A stretch of DNA of 63,918 nucleotides, the filler included, from Octopus bimaculoides (lineage: Eukaryota), in the NCBI RefSeq assembly GCF_001194135.2. It is 7 parts of 6 records of this genome, joined end to end, with 100 filler letters (N's around TTAATTAATTAA, not from the genome) between each part and the next. Parts side by side here need not be neighbours in the genome. Positions count along the whole stretch, not along the records: positions 1 to 22,379 come from NC_069002.1; 6 more parts are not named here. One strand, 5' to 3'. Both the position numbers and the translations under genes were made by a program. The notes below the pieces were generated by a model that was not told where the DNA came from, did no database searches, and was given only the letters and a program-made list of their open reading frames with translations. Below are positions 1-11,400 of this stretch, piece by piece. Every line of letters begins with the position of its first letter. Position 1 is the first letter of the stretch.

Positions 1-23
1 GGCTCGAAGTTATTGTAGAAGAC

Positions 24-516
24 ATTTGAGACAGATTTTGACAAATTGATCAGTTTTGACCCTTGGGGACCTGTATGATTATTATTCAAGAGGTCGATAC
101 TCTTGAAATGATTTTAAAAGACATATTTCACATTGAATGTTCGGACTGTATATTGATGCAGTCCAAAGCAGCGAGCTGGTAGAATCGTCAGCACGCCGGA
201 GAAAATGCTTAGCGGTATTTCATCCGCCTTCACATTCTGGATTGAAATTCCACCGAGGTCGACTTTACCTTTCATCCTTTCGGAGTCGATAAAATAAGTA
301 CCAGTTAGACACTAGGGTCGATGTAATCGACTAGTCTCCTTCCCCAGAACTTGCTATTCTTGTGCTAAAAAATGAAACCATTATATTGATACAGTCCGAA
401 CATTCAACGTGAAATATGTCTTTCAAAATCATTTCATGAGAATCGACCTCTTGAATAATAATCATACAGGTCCCCAAGGGTCAAAACTAACCAATTTATC
501 AAATTCTGTCTCAAAT
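24..516. repeat. Long palindromic (foldback/MITE-like) element, arms ~24-151 and ~389-516, interrupted at its apex by a SINE
   Basis: Reverse complement of 389-516 aligns by eye to 24-151 with scattered mismatches (e.g. GTTTTGACCCTTGGGGACCTGTATGATTATTATTCAAGAGGTCGAT vs ATCGACCTCTTGAATAATAATCATACAGGTCCCCAAGGGTCAAAAC). Confidence 0.85.
165..381 (+). mobile_element. tRNA-derived SINE, family A, with 16-bp target-site duplication
   Basis: tRNA-like head plus central core GAGGTCGACTTT(A/G)CCTTTCATCCTTTCGG(A/G)GTCGATAAAATAAGTACCAG that recurs many times in the window; flanked by TATATTGATGCAGTCC (149-164) and TATATTGATACAGTCC (382-397). Confidence 0.85.
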
Positions 517-971
517 CAATGCATCAGTCATGTGATAAGTTCATTCTTTCATCATACCAGCATCGGTAACTCTCAAAATTAATCCTGCCGCTACCTTTCT
601 TCCTCTAAATAAGCCATTAAAAAACTACGTAACACACAAGGATCGACGTACACCATTCAATGACGCATGCGCAGGTCGTCATTCACTAAAAACAGCCGAT
701 CGTCTGCTTCACTGATTTAAAATGTTCCCAAACATAAACATAGTTGTTCCTCCTACTTACTGCAAACCTCTCTGCACTCTCTGCCCAGCTTCCATTGCCA
801 TACAGCAATAAGATTCTCACAGGCACACGTCATGAAAGTCTTTCCAATGAATCTAAGTCTTCTGCACTCAGTGTCCACCATTCATTTTTCACGTGCGCGC
901 ACGCACACACGCACGCACTCACGCACACACACAAACACATACATATTTATAATCGTATGTGCATGTATATA

Positions 972-1004
<33 letters not shown>

Positions 1005-1551
1005 TCTTTCATACCCTTTAGCCATACGACTGCGGCCATGATGGAGNNNNNNNNNNNNNNNNNNNNNNNNNNNNNNNNNNNNNNNNNNNNNNNNNNNNNN
1101 NNNNNNNNNNNNNNNNNNNNNNNNNNNNNNNNNNNNNNNNNNNNNNNNNNNNNNNNNNNNNNNNNNNNNNNNNNNNNNNNNNNNNNNNNNNNNNNNNNNN
1201 NNNNNNNNNNNNNNNNNNNNNNNNNNNNNNNNNNNNNNNNNNNNNNNNNNNNNNNNNNNNNNNNNNNNNNNNNNNNNNNNNNNNNNNNNNNNNNNNNNNN
1301 NNNNNNNNNNNNNNNNNNNNNNNNNNNNNNNNNNNATGCATATATATGTGTGTATATATATATATACAGGTGTGAGTGTTTGTGTGTATGTATTATACTT
1401 TTATACATATATAATTACTATGTATGTGTACACTATAAGTGTATAATTATATATATATATTACACATTTTTACGCACAGAGAGAGAGAGAGAGAGAGAGA
1501 AAGAAGGAAAAAAAGAAAGAAAGACTATAACATACACACACACATACACTC

Positions 1552-1585
<34 letters not shown>

Positions 1586-1901
1586 TACTGGCGCTTATAC
1601 ATACACATACGCAAAATCGTGATACTGTTTCTTCAAGGTCCTTTGCCCTTACTGTCACCACTACTCGTGTTACACGGTGTATTTGAGGGGCTTCACACAC
1701 ACACAGACACACATACACACACATACATACATACGTACATACATACATACGTACATACATACATACATACATGCATGCATACATACATACATACGCATGT
1801 ACTCACAGAAGCACTGCTCGGTCTATTTTCGTGCTCGTTCGTAGTCTTGTTGTTGTTGTTGATGTTTGGGTATTGTCTAAACTTCATAACTGGAAATAAA
1901 T

Positions 1902-2302
1902 AGGCGCAGGAGTGGTTGTGTGGTAAGTAGCTTGCTTACCAACCACATGGTTCCGGGTTCAGTCCCACTGCGTGGCACCTTGGGCAAGTGACTTCTACTA
2001 TAAGCCTCGGGCCGACCAAAGCCTTGTGAGTGGATTTGGTAGACGGAAACTGAAAGAAGCCCGTCGTATATATGTATATATATATGTGTGTATGTGTGTC
2101 TGTGTTTGTCCCCCCCACCATCGCTTGACAACCGATGCTGGTGTGTTTACGTCCCCGTAACTTAGCGATTCGGCAAAAAGAGACCCAATAGAATAAGTAC
2201 TAGGTTTACAAAGAATAAGTCCTGGGGTCGATTTTCTCGACTAAAGGCGATGCTCCAGCATGGCCGCAGTCAAATGACTGAAACAAGTAAAAGAGTAAAA
2301 AC
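1902..2302 (+). mobile_element. tRNA-derived SINE, family B, near full length
   Basis: A-box-like TGGTTGTGTGGTAAG, B-box-like GGTTCAGTCCC, internal TA/TG microsatellite, tail CATGGCCGCAGTCAAATGACTGAAACAAGTAAAAGAG; partial copies at ~17284-17440, 19765-19848 (-), 57345-57540. Confidence 0.85.
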
Positions 2303-2740
2303 AGAGAGTACCTGTTCTGTGTTGTCGTTGTTGTTGTTGCTGCTGTTTGTTGTCATTGAGGTAGTGTGGTCCATTGTGGTCCATTGTGGTCCATTGAGCG
2401 CTCACCTTCCTCTCAATTTGACGGTAGAAGGTGGAGGACTCTAAATTGTCTTCAAATTCACTATCAAAGTTACCTCTTACTTCCTCTTCCATGTCTGCTA
2501 GCTGGGCGGTCGACGCCATAATGCTTTATAAATTTATTTTTCCAAAACAAGATGAAAATTTTGAACCCCCAAAGAGTCACAAAATAGGAAACAAACCACA
2601 CCTATATAATGGCGGTGATTCTTAACAAGCATTTTGTAAAAAATAAGAATACATAAATAAATAAAGAGTTAACAACTTTGGGAGACAAAAATTGCAGCAA
2701 TACTCTTTCGAACGAAGAGACATGGCTTCAGCTAGAACGA

Positions 2741-2767
2741 ATAATAATAATAATAATAATAATAATG

Positions 2768-2847
<80 letters not shown>

Positions 2848-2883
2848 AAGAAGAAGAAGAAGAAGAAGAAGAAGAAGAAGAAG
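2741..2883. repeat. Compound (AAT)n-(AAG)n microsatellite
   Basis: Directly visible trinucleotide arrays. Confidence 0.95.
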
Positions 2884-3082
2884 AGTGCGACTGTTATCGA
2901 ATTTAACGATATTTCAACATCTCGTGTGTCTTCCACAAGTTCAAAATAAACATCTCAATCTACTTCATTCATGACTTTTAAATATTACCAAAATGAAGAG
3001 ATTGAGATGATTATTTTGAACATGTGGAAGACACACGAGATGTCGAAATATCGTTAAATTCGATAACAGTCGCACTCTTCTT
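2878..3082. repeat. Palindromic MITE-like element, ~92-bp arms and ~22-nt loop
   Basis: AAGAAGAGTGCGACTGTTATCGAATTTAACGATATTTC... mirrored by ...GAAATATCGTTAAATTCGATAACAGTCGCACTCTTCTT. Confidence 0.85.
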
Positions 3083-3123
3083 ATTGTTTCTTTAATTTCT
3101 GGAGGAATAACATCAATCCTTCA

Positions 3124-3180
<57 letters not shown>

Positions 3181-3620
3181 CAGGCAGTGGCTGTCATGAC
3201 TTCTGATCTTAACTGTTTGGAAGTACGTCGTTTTGTCTTGATATAAAAGATGGGCTACAGCAAATTTTCTGCTTAATACCACAGATTTGCTTGTCAGTTG
3301 TTTGACCTTAACCAGCTGAGCATGTCCCTTCGTGGCTGATGATATGGGTATCTCTGATCAGAAGCAGAAGTAGTGGAGGAGCATCATAGCCATGTGTTGA
3401 GAGGAATTCTTTGGGGTTCGGATAATTCACGTTTGGAAACATGAGTGTTTTGTTCAACATCCTTAAACAACCCTTATTGAGCGGGATGGGCTACTCGACC
3501 TGAAGATAATTTCAACTAGGCTGTACCCTTAACAGACGAGTAGTCATGATGGGTATACTGGGCTTTATATATTTTACCCCAGTGTCACTTTGATGGCATG
3601 CACTGTTCTCTCACTCAATA
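3181..3620. mobile_element. Interspersed repeat embedded in (AAT)n arrays, unclassified
   Basis: Bounded by AAT runs on both sides; its ends recur at 16531-16603 (opposite strand) and 50751-50793, again next to AAT/ATT runs. Confidence 0.65.
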
Positions 3621-4158
3621 ATAATTAAAATAATAATGCAATGATAACGGTTATTTTTCTGACAGCTATAGAGACGAAGCAAGACTGTGACATGAATTCG
3701 TGATGTATCTGTGGAGAGACCCACGTTTGTGTATGTTCCGTAATCTAAAGCGACGCACATGCTTGCGGAAATGTTTGTTGAGGCAGCGTTTACACGCGGA
3801 TATAATATTCCTGCATTTTTCTTTTCTTCCACTTACAATGGACGTTATGCAGGTTTTAAAACAGCTGCTGCATGAAAGCAATTGTTAAGTGGGCAATTCA
3901 CCTCGTTGTATCTGATTTCCAGTGTGTTGTCCTGTTATCTTTTAGAAATCTGACCAAAGTTTCCTGCTTTAGGGGAAGAGCGGGGGGGGGGACTTCCCAA
4001 AATTCTCCCTTCTTCAAAACCACTGTGAAGATATGTAAAACATTCCAAACGTTTATCATGTTAGAAGCTCCGCCTCCACAAAGACATTCCTGCCTCCATT
4101 TATGTGTGCGTGCGCACATACACACACACACATATCCATGTGTGTGTGTATGTGTGTG

Positions 4159-4367
4159 AGGACCTGGAAATTGAAATACAAAAGATGTGACATCTTAAAA
4201 CGAGAAATGCTCCTGTTATTGTAGGTGCCCTAGGTATGATAAGAAAAATGGATGTCAGAAACATCTAGATAACATCCCAGGAGAACCATGTCTCAGAGAA
4301 AACCAAAACATTGTGTTGACAAGCATTGCCCACATCCTTAGAAAAAAACTATCCATTCAAATGTCTG
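4159..4367 (+). mobile_element. 3' end remnant of an R4/Dong-like non-LTR retrotransposon (REL endonuclease C-terminus)
   Basis: Translates across one stop and a frameshift as [29 protein letters not shown] / [35 protein letters not shown], matching the R4-clade pattern DLEIE..MW....PVI.GALG. Confidence 0.75.
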
Positions 4368-4425
4368 TGTTGTATTACATGAAGATATTTCACTATTTCC
4401 CCTCCCCAAGCTTTCAGTCATATTG

Positions 4426-4428
4426 CAA

Positions 4429-4512
<84 letters not shown>

Positions 4513-4513
4513 C

Positions 4514-4552
<39 letters not shown>
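4426..4552. repeat. (CT)n-(CTAT)n microsatellite
   Basis: Directly visible. Confidence 0.95.
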
Positions 4553-4553
<1 letters not shown>

Positions 4554-4884
4554 CTTTCTCTCCCCTCTCTGTATTTCTCTCTTTCTCTACCCCTTCTCTC
4601 TCTGTCTATCTATCTTTCTGTTTCTTTCCTCTTTCTCCCTTTCCCCTTCTCTCTCGCTCTTTCTCTGTCTTACCTCTTGTCTGAACATCATGCTCCATTC
4701 ATGTTATACGCACGCACACATCCATACCTACTCGTCCACACAAACACTTAAGTGCTCATACGCACACACATGCACACATATACACACACACTTATACACA
4801 CGTAAACACCACTGTAAACTCACGACAGTAATAGGGTCAAGTTGTATGCTATTTAGTTATTTAAAGACTGACCACTTTAGCTGC

Positions 4885-5410
4885 CCATCTCATCACCACT
4901 ACCTCCACCACCATCATCACCACCACCACCACCCTCATCACCACCACCACCACCATCATCACCACCACCATCACCACCATCACCACCACCATCACCACTA
5001 TAATTAATACTAATATGAACAACAGCAAAACTGCAATGCCGCCCCATCCCCTCCCAGTACTCTACCACTGTCATTTCTCGTGCTTTTATCCCCTACACTT
5101 TCATCACCGTCGCCGCCGCTTCCCCCATTACCACTTACAACAGCAACACTATCACCACCGCCACCACCACCATTACTACTACTACTACTACAAACAGCAA
5201 CAACAACAACAGCTGTACCACCACTGCCACCCCCACCTTTCTCTTATCCCTACTCCTTCACCACCAACGCCATCATTGGTATCAATATGAACGACAGTAA
5301 CTACAGTTCCGTCACCTCCTTCCTCTTTCTCCAACCCCCTACTCCACAACACGACCACCATCCCCACTAACCCTTTTCCTCTCACTAACTCTCCTCCACC
5401 ACCACGTGGT
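4885..5410. repeat. Cryptic (CAC/CAT/CTA/CAA)n low-complexity tract
   Basis: Degenerate trinucleotide arrays; similar tracts at ~14450-15240, 50117-50372, 58880-59880. Confidence 0.85.
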
Positions 5411-7148
5411 CCCATTAAGAAGGAACACTAATTTAAAGTGAGATCACTTCCTTATTTTATGACTAGAATGGGGCTGACGTTGAAGAGATCAGTAAAAACC
5501 AAACAAGAATTGCTATTGTTTGCGGCAGCCCCGGTTTTGGATCGTTTTTACTTCTTAAATGCAGAGGGTTTCACGTGTAGAGACGCTCGAGGCAGTGGAA
5601 TTGCGCCAGTGATCGCAGCCCCTCGCTTCTCTCAATGTGTCATTCCACGTCCTCTCAATCAGCTGTATGTCCACCCACCAATGTAGGTAACAAAACTCCT
5701 GCACAACAGCCCGAGTTTTGTTGAATCAAATGTTGTTACATTAGGCCGGATGTTTCTGTCTGCATCACTCGTCCTTTCTGTGGAACCAGATGTAATTGGT
5801 TTACTCTCTTAACGACGCCCGACAACTTTCTGGCAACAACTTTTCTCTCTTTCGCAGCCAGACCCAAGTCTTTCGAGCATCGAGTGAACCCTGATTCCAA
5901 TAAATCCTCTAACACCTATCTCTGGAGAAATACATATTACCTCCTTTGTTGAACTCCTTTTCACAAAGTTGAACCAACTCGTTGTATTTTCTGTCTTTCT
6001 TGAGACGTGTCTTCGAGGATATTAACAGGGGTAGAATATCAGAAGCATATTTTCTCCGTTTTCCAAATCCTCTCTTTGTTGAATATTTTCTTTCTTTCAT
6101 TACACACATAGATGAACATTATTATGATGGACGATCAAAAGACGGAATTTCAAAAATATAAGAATTAGTCTCGCACACTTGCTTATCTCCCTTCACAGTC
6201 ACCCTTTCGCTGCAGAATAACATACAGACTTTTGCCATATCCAGTTTCCTTACATCACTAACCACGCGTCTTATTTTGTATATATGTGTGTGTATGCGTG
6301 TGTGTGTGTTTAAAACAACATTCCTTTCACGTACGCTCCTGTCTGTTGCTTGTTTACAACGTAATACCTTGTGTCCTGTTCACAGCTTTATTTTTATATT
6401 GTTTTTTGTTGTCTTTATTGTTTTTTATTGTCTTTTTGTTATTTTTGATGCTATTTTTATTGTTTCTTTTTTGACGTTTTCAGATATATGACATAAGAGT
6501 TTCCTTTTCTCTGCTCCTATTCGGTGTGTGTATGCGGTGTGTGTATGCGTGTGTGTATGCGTGCATACGAGTGTGTGTGTTTGTGTGTGTGTGCGTGCTT
6601 AAAACAAAATTTGCACGCTCACACAGACACATGAATGATAAAAGCTGAAAATATTCTTGATTATTTTTCAAAATTTATTGAAATAAATATGTAATGTATA
6701 TGGAGTAATANNNNNNNNNNNNNNNNNNNNNNNNNNNNNNNNNNNNNNNNNNNNNNNNNNNNNNNNNNNNNNNNNNNNNNNNNNNNNNNNNNNNNNNNNN
6801 NNNNNNNNNNNNNNNNNNNNNNNNNNNNNNNNNNNNNNNNNNNNNNNNNNNNNNNNNNNNNNNNNNNNNNNNNNNNNNNNNNNNNNNNNNNNNNNNNNNN
6901 NNNNNNNNNNNNNNNNNNNNNNNNNNNNNNNNNNNNNNNNNNNNNNNNNNNNNNNNNNNNNNNNNNNNNNNNNNNNNNNNNNNNNNNNNNNNNNNNNNNN
7001 NNNNNNNNNNNNNNNNNNNNNNNNNNNNNNNNNNNNNNNNNNNNNNNNNNNNNNNNNNNNNNNNNNNNNNNNNNNNNNNNNNNNNNNNNNNNNNNNNNNN
7101 NNNNNNNNNNNNNNNNNNNNNNNNNNNNNNNNNNNNNNNNNNNNNNNN

Positions 7149-7188
<40 letters not shown>

Positions 7189-7189
7189 C

Positions 7190-7223
<34 letters not shown>

Positions 7224-7299
7224 CCTTGTGCTTTTTCATCATGTATAATATAATATTTTGAAGTTTCCTTAAAGAGAAAACGTATATCTAAAATGATAT

Positions 7300-7314
7300 T
7301 TTGTCATCTTTCAG
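7300..7314 (+). promoter_or_regulatory. Probable 3' splice acceptor opening the GPCR coding exon
   Basis: TTTGTCATCTTTCAG|ATTTG, pyrimidine tract plus AG at 7313-7314, 234 nt upstream of the ATG. Confidence 0.5.
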
Positions 7315-7548
7315 ATTTGCTGCAGACGACACAGTATGAGGAAAATGAATCGATGTAGTTTGAAGAAGTCGATAGAGAACTAACAGGAGAAAACGGAAGA
7401 CAGGAAAACGATAAACAAACAAAAGGGAAACCGTCTTATTTAAATTATGGATGTGATTGTCCGTTGATTGATGTTTTGGTCACAAAACATACAATATTTT
7501 AAAAAATAATAAAATCTTGGAAGTATACAGACAACAAAAAAATTTTAA

Positions 7549-8688
7549 ATGGCGAATTCTTTAAATTCTTCCTATTTTTATGGAACAGACAAAGTTTATA
7601 ATTGGGGAAATCGAAGTTACTTTACCTTCTTTTCAGAATTTAACCGTCCTTGGAATGGAATCGGAGTCATTGAAGCACTCATCTACATCGTTATCTTTCT
7701 GATATCTGTTGTCGCTAACATTCTAATAATCATACGTGTTTTACGAGTAAGACAACTGAAGACTGTCACAAACTGTTTCATAGCAAACTTGGCAATGGCC
7801 GATTTGCTGTTCAGTTCCGGCTGCCCATTCATTGCAGTGGTTCGAATCACCGGCACATGGGTGCTGGGAGGCTTCCTTTGTCATATTATCATCTATCTAG
7901 AGTTTGTATGTATGTTTGCTGTCATTTGGACCATGACAGTGATAAGCATCGAGCGTTTTTTCTGTATTGTAAAACCAAACTGCTGTCGTATTTCTCTGAC
8001 GATGGCCATTGTCATTGTCGTCCTGATCTGGGTCATTGCATTCGCTGGTTTCTTGCCAATGGCGACATTTTTCAACATTTATGCATTTCCCTTCGGCAAC
8101 GACACAATTCAAATATGTACGTTGGTGTGGCCGTCAAACACTAAAGTCCAAGTCTCCATAGTTTTCGTTTCCTGTCTGGTTTTGGTGGGTTTCATCGTAC
8201 CATTGGCCTTAATGGCCCACAACTATTACCGCGTCTTCCGAACATTCTGGATTTCCCGACAGACAATCATAAAGAAGGAATGTAGTTCTAGTCAACCAAC
8301 TGTTAACATGGCCGTTCAACCAGCTGCCAGCACGTTGCGGTCTCATAGCAGCAAACTCGTTTCACATAATATGAAAGTACGAAGCCTCCGCAGTTTCCGT
8401 GTCATCCGGATTCTTGTTCTGCTCGTCCTTCTCTTCTTCCTGATGTGGTTACCTATTTTCATTGCTTTCATAGTCATTCAGTATGATGGTGCTTATGAAT
8501 ACCACCAGATGCATTCTTGGATGTTAATCACGTCTTCCTACTTTGCTTTCGCAAATACTTGTGTCAACCCATTTGTCTATGTATTCATCAACGAAAGGTT
8601 CAGAATCACCATAAACTTCTGCAGAAAAACTTCCAAAGAACAGCCGAAAGCCGACGAAATTGCTTCTTTTTCAGCCTCAGGCACATGA
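7549..8688 (+). CDS. FFAR4: Class A (rhodopsin-like) 7TM GPCR, FFAR4/GPR120-like, single coding exon, 379 aa
   Basis: Seven hydrophobic helices; NLAMADLL (TM2), ERF in place of DRY, ECL1 W and C3.25, ECL2 ICTLVWP, MWLP (TM6), NPFVY (TM7). Recalled human FFAR4 segments match closely: NRSYFTFFSE vs NRTRFPFFSD, VRITGTWVLG vs VRWTEAWLLG, ERFFCIV vs ERMVCIV, FAFAN..NP vs FTFAN..NP. Symbol means 'like'; orthology not tested. Confidence 0.9.
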   Translation: MANSLNSSYFYGTDKVYNWGNRSYFTFFSEFNRPWNGIGVIEALIYIVIFLISVVANILIIIRVLRVRQLKTVTNCFIANLAMADLLFSSGCPFIAVVRITGTWVLGGFLCHIIIYLEFVCMFAVIWTMTVISIERFFCIVKPNCCRISLTMAIVIVVLIWVIAFAGFLPMATFFNIYAFPFGNDTIQICTLVWPSNTKVQVSIVFVSCLVLVGFIVPLALMAHNYYRVFRTFWISRQTIIKKECSSSQPTVNMAVQPAASTLRSHSSKLVSHNMKVRSLRSFRVIRILVLLVLLFFLMWLPIFIAFIVIQYDGAYEYHQMHSWMLITSSYFAFANTCVNPFVYVFINERFRITINFCRKTSKEQPKADEIASFSASGT

Positions 8689-8932
8689 TATGAAAAGGGA
8701 CAGAAAATAAAAATAATAAAATTAACAATAATAATGATTTCTTGCATAAAGCAAAAATGGCACAAGCCCATGACACGTTGGAAACTAAGGCCTAAGGGCG
8801 GGGAAAGGAGTTTAAAAGATTTAACCTTAACCCCTCCCCTTTTCTCCAACACAACTCCTTCATTTCATGTTTGTGTGTTGTTCTATATCAGACCGTAACA
8901 ATCGCCCATTGTTTCACCATCTTCATTATTTT

Positions 8933-8989
<57 letters not shown>

Positions 8990-9040
8990 AACTACTGCTG
9001 CTGCTGCTGCTGCTGCTGTTGCTGTTGTTATTGTTGTTGT
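8933..9040. repeat. (CTA)n-(CTG)n-(TTG)n microsatellite in the GPCR 3' region
   Basis: Directly visible. Confidence 0.95.
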
Positions 9041-9070
9041 TTTTTATAATTTCTTCCGGTTCATAACGTA

Positions 9071-9204
9071 CTGAGCTCAAATCTCGCCGAGGTCAACTTT
9101 GCCTTTATTTTCTTTCGGGGTCGATAGAATAAAGTACCAGCCAAGAACTGGGGGTCGACCAACTCCCTCTTCCTAAAACAGCCACGGAACCAAAATTTGA
9201 AGCG
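9071..9204 (+). mobile_element. SINE family A, partial
   Basis: GAGGTCAACTTTGCCTTT...GGGGTCGATAGAATAAAGTACCAG core. Confidence 0.75.
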
Positions 9205-9220
9205 ATTATTATTATTATTA

Positions 9221-9266
<46 letters not shown>

Positions 9267-10077
9267 CATTATTATTATTATTATTATCATTATTATCATT
9301 ATTATTATTATTATTATTATTNNNNNNNNNNNNNNNNNNNNNNNNNNNNNNNNNNNNNNNNNNNNNNNNNNNNNNNNNNNNNNNNNNNNNNNNNNNNNNN
9401 NNNNNNNNNNNNNNNNNNNNNNNNNNNNNNNNNNNNNNNNNNNNNNNNNNNNNNNNNNNNNNNNNNNNNNNNNNNNNNNNNNNNNNNNNNNNNNNNNNNN
9501 NNNNNNNNNNNNNNNNNNNNNNNNNNNNNNNNNNNNNNNNNNNNNNNNNNNNNNNNNNNNNNNNNNNNNNNNNNNNNNNNNNNNNNNNNNNNNNNNNNNN
9601 NNNNNNNNNNNNNNNNNNNNNNNNNNNNNNNNNNNNNNNNNNNNNNNNNNNNNNNNNNNNNNNNNNNNNNNNNNNNNNNNNNNNNNNNNNNNNNNNNNNN
9701 NNNNNNNNNNNNNNNNNNNNNNNNNNNNNNNNNNNNNNNNNNNNNNNNNNNNNNNNNNNNNNNNNNNNNNNNNNNNNNNNNNNNNNNNNNNNNNNNNNNN
9801 NNNNNNNNNNNNNNNNNNNNNNNNNNNNNNNNNNNNNNNNNNNNNNNNNNNNNNNNNNNNNNNNNNNNNNNTATATATATATATATATATATGTATATGT
9901 ATATATATGTATATATATACACAGCCTATAGATACTGCTATTTTTATAGATATAGCAATGCAATAACAAATTTGCTTTCTTTGTTGTTCTGCTTTCTTCT
10001 CCCAACTATACGTCATTCTTTCTTCAATTTCACCCTTTCACTCCAATCTGTCTCCTCTCTCTCCCTCTCTCTCCCTC

Positions 10078-10127
<50 letters not shown>

Positions 10128-10223
10128 GTCTTCTCTCTTTCCTTATATTTGTGTGTATGCATGTATACACTTTAGTATACATTTGTATATATATATATAT
10201 AGATATATATATGTATATCTTTA

Positions 10224-10262
<39 letters not shown>

Positions 10263-10899
10263 ATACGCTCATCTACTTCGTGTAAAATATTTTGACTAGA
10301 ACTTGTAGAGCTGCTCGGAAACACGTATCCTTTCAAGAAACATGCAGAGGTTTGCGTAGTTTGGTTATAACCGCCAACGAAGACCTGGAGGACCGTGAAA
10401 GTATCACACAAATATGATTCAATGACCAGCGATTGGAAAAAAATATTGATTAAACAGAATTTCGTATATAATGTTTCTATCGTGTTCTTTTCATGTTTTA
10501 AAGCTGTCTTTGATTTCTTGCACATTGTAATTTCCAGTTTTTTAAATTTTTTTTTTATTCATATGAGCAATATTCTATTTCAGCCAATTGGTTGTTGGAA
10601 ATTCCTCAGAAAATACCGATAGAAGTGCCTGCTTGAATTCGCTAACTCCAGCTTTTTGTTCAAAATTGCTATAAGAGGATATTGTACTTTTCTGGGAGAC
10701 TAAAATTACATCTTCTAGAACCATCAACACTGGAGAACGTGTGTTTTATAACTATAAAACCAATTGGTTTTATACTTAACATTCTCATTCTTTAGATTCC
10801 TATATATATTAAAAACAAATATAAATAATCAATAAATAAAATCAATAAAATCACAGCAACAACTATCATCCAGTCTTTTAGGGGGTATTTAGACCAACG

Positions 10900-11400
10900 T
10901 TATCCAATCTGCTTTTCATTCTTTGAGCCAGCGGGGTTGATGGAAAGCCAGGCGTATTGACTATAAAGAGGATATTCAAGCGTCCTCTTCATTGCACAAG
11001 TTTCAAATCCATAGAGAAGGATGTTCACTACATATGCCTCGAAATTACCAACGTTGTTGAATTTGGTAACGTTGATGTAAAACTTGTTACAGACATCCCA
11101 GGCTTGTCCCATGCGCGTGAGGAAGTCTTTCTTAGTGCCAGTAACAGAGAACCAAATGTACGCGAGCCCAGCGGTACACAAGCATCAGATAGGCTTTTGT
11201 AACGATACCTATACAAAGGAAACAAACCAATCCGTCTTCTCGAAGCTTCCAGTTATTCCACTTAACGCAGAAAGGTGATCTTCGTCTGCCCCAGAACTAC
11301 CGAATAATTACGTATTTTCGTCTAACCACAAAGATCTGCAATTCTTAGAAAAACATTTACTGGTGGGCTGGATAATCCACTAAGGTAGAACACGTCATCT
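10900..11400 (-). mobile_element. Degenerate RTE-type LINE fragment (RT C-terminal region)
   Basis: Minus-strand peptide DFLTRMGQAWDVCNK...YVVNILLYGFETC matches the RTE thumb motif R...AW...L+ ... LLYG.ETW. Confidence 0.7.

Noticed and set aside
744-1903. Long ORFs rich in Y/I/C/V/H/T or spanning X runs (here and throughout)
   Set aside because: Translations of TA, CA, TACA microsatellites and N gaps; no domain content.
3981-3992. G-rich run as a G-quadruplex
   Set aside because: Essentially one homopolymer plus a short G tract, with no functional context.
5438-5686. 82-aa ORF upstream of the GPCR
   Set aside because: Starts at GTG and has no recognisable motif.
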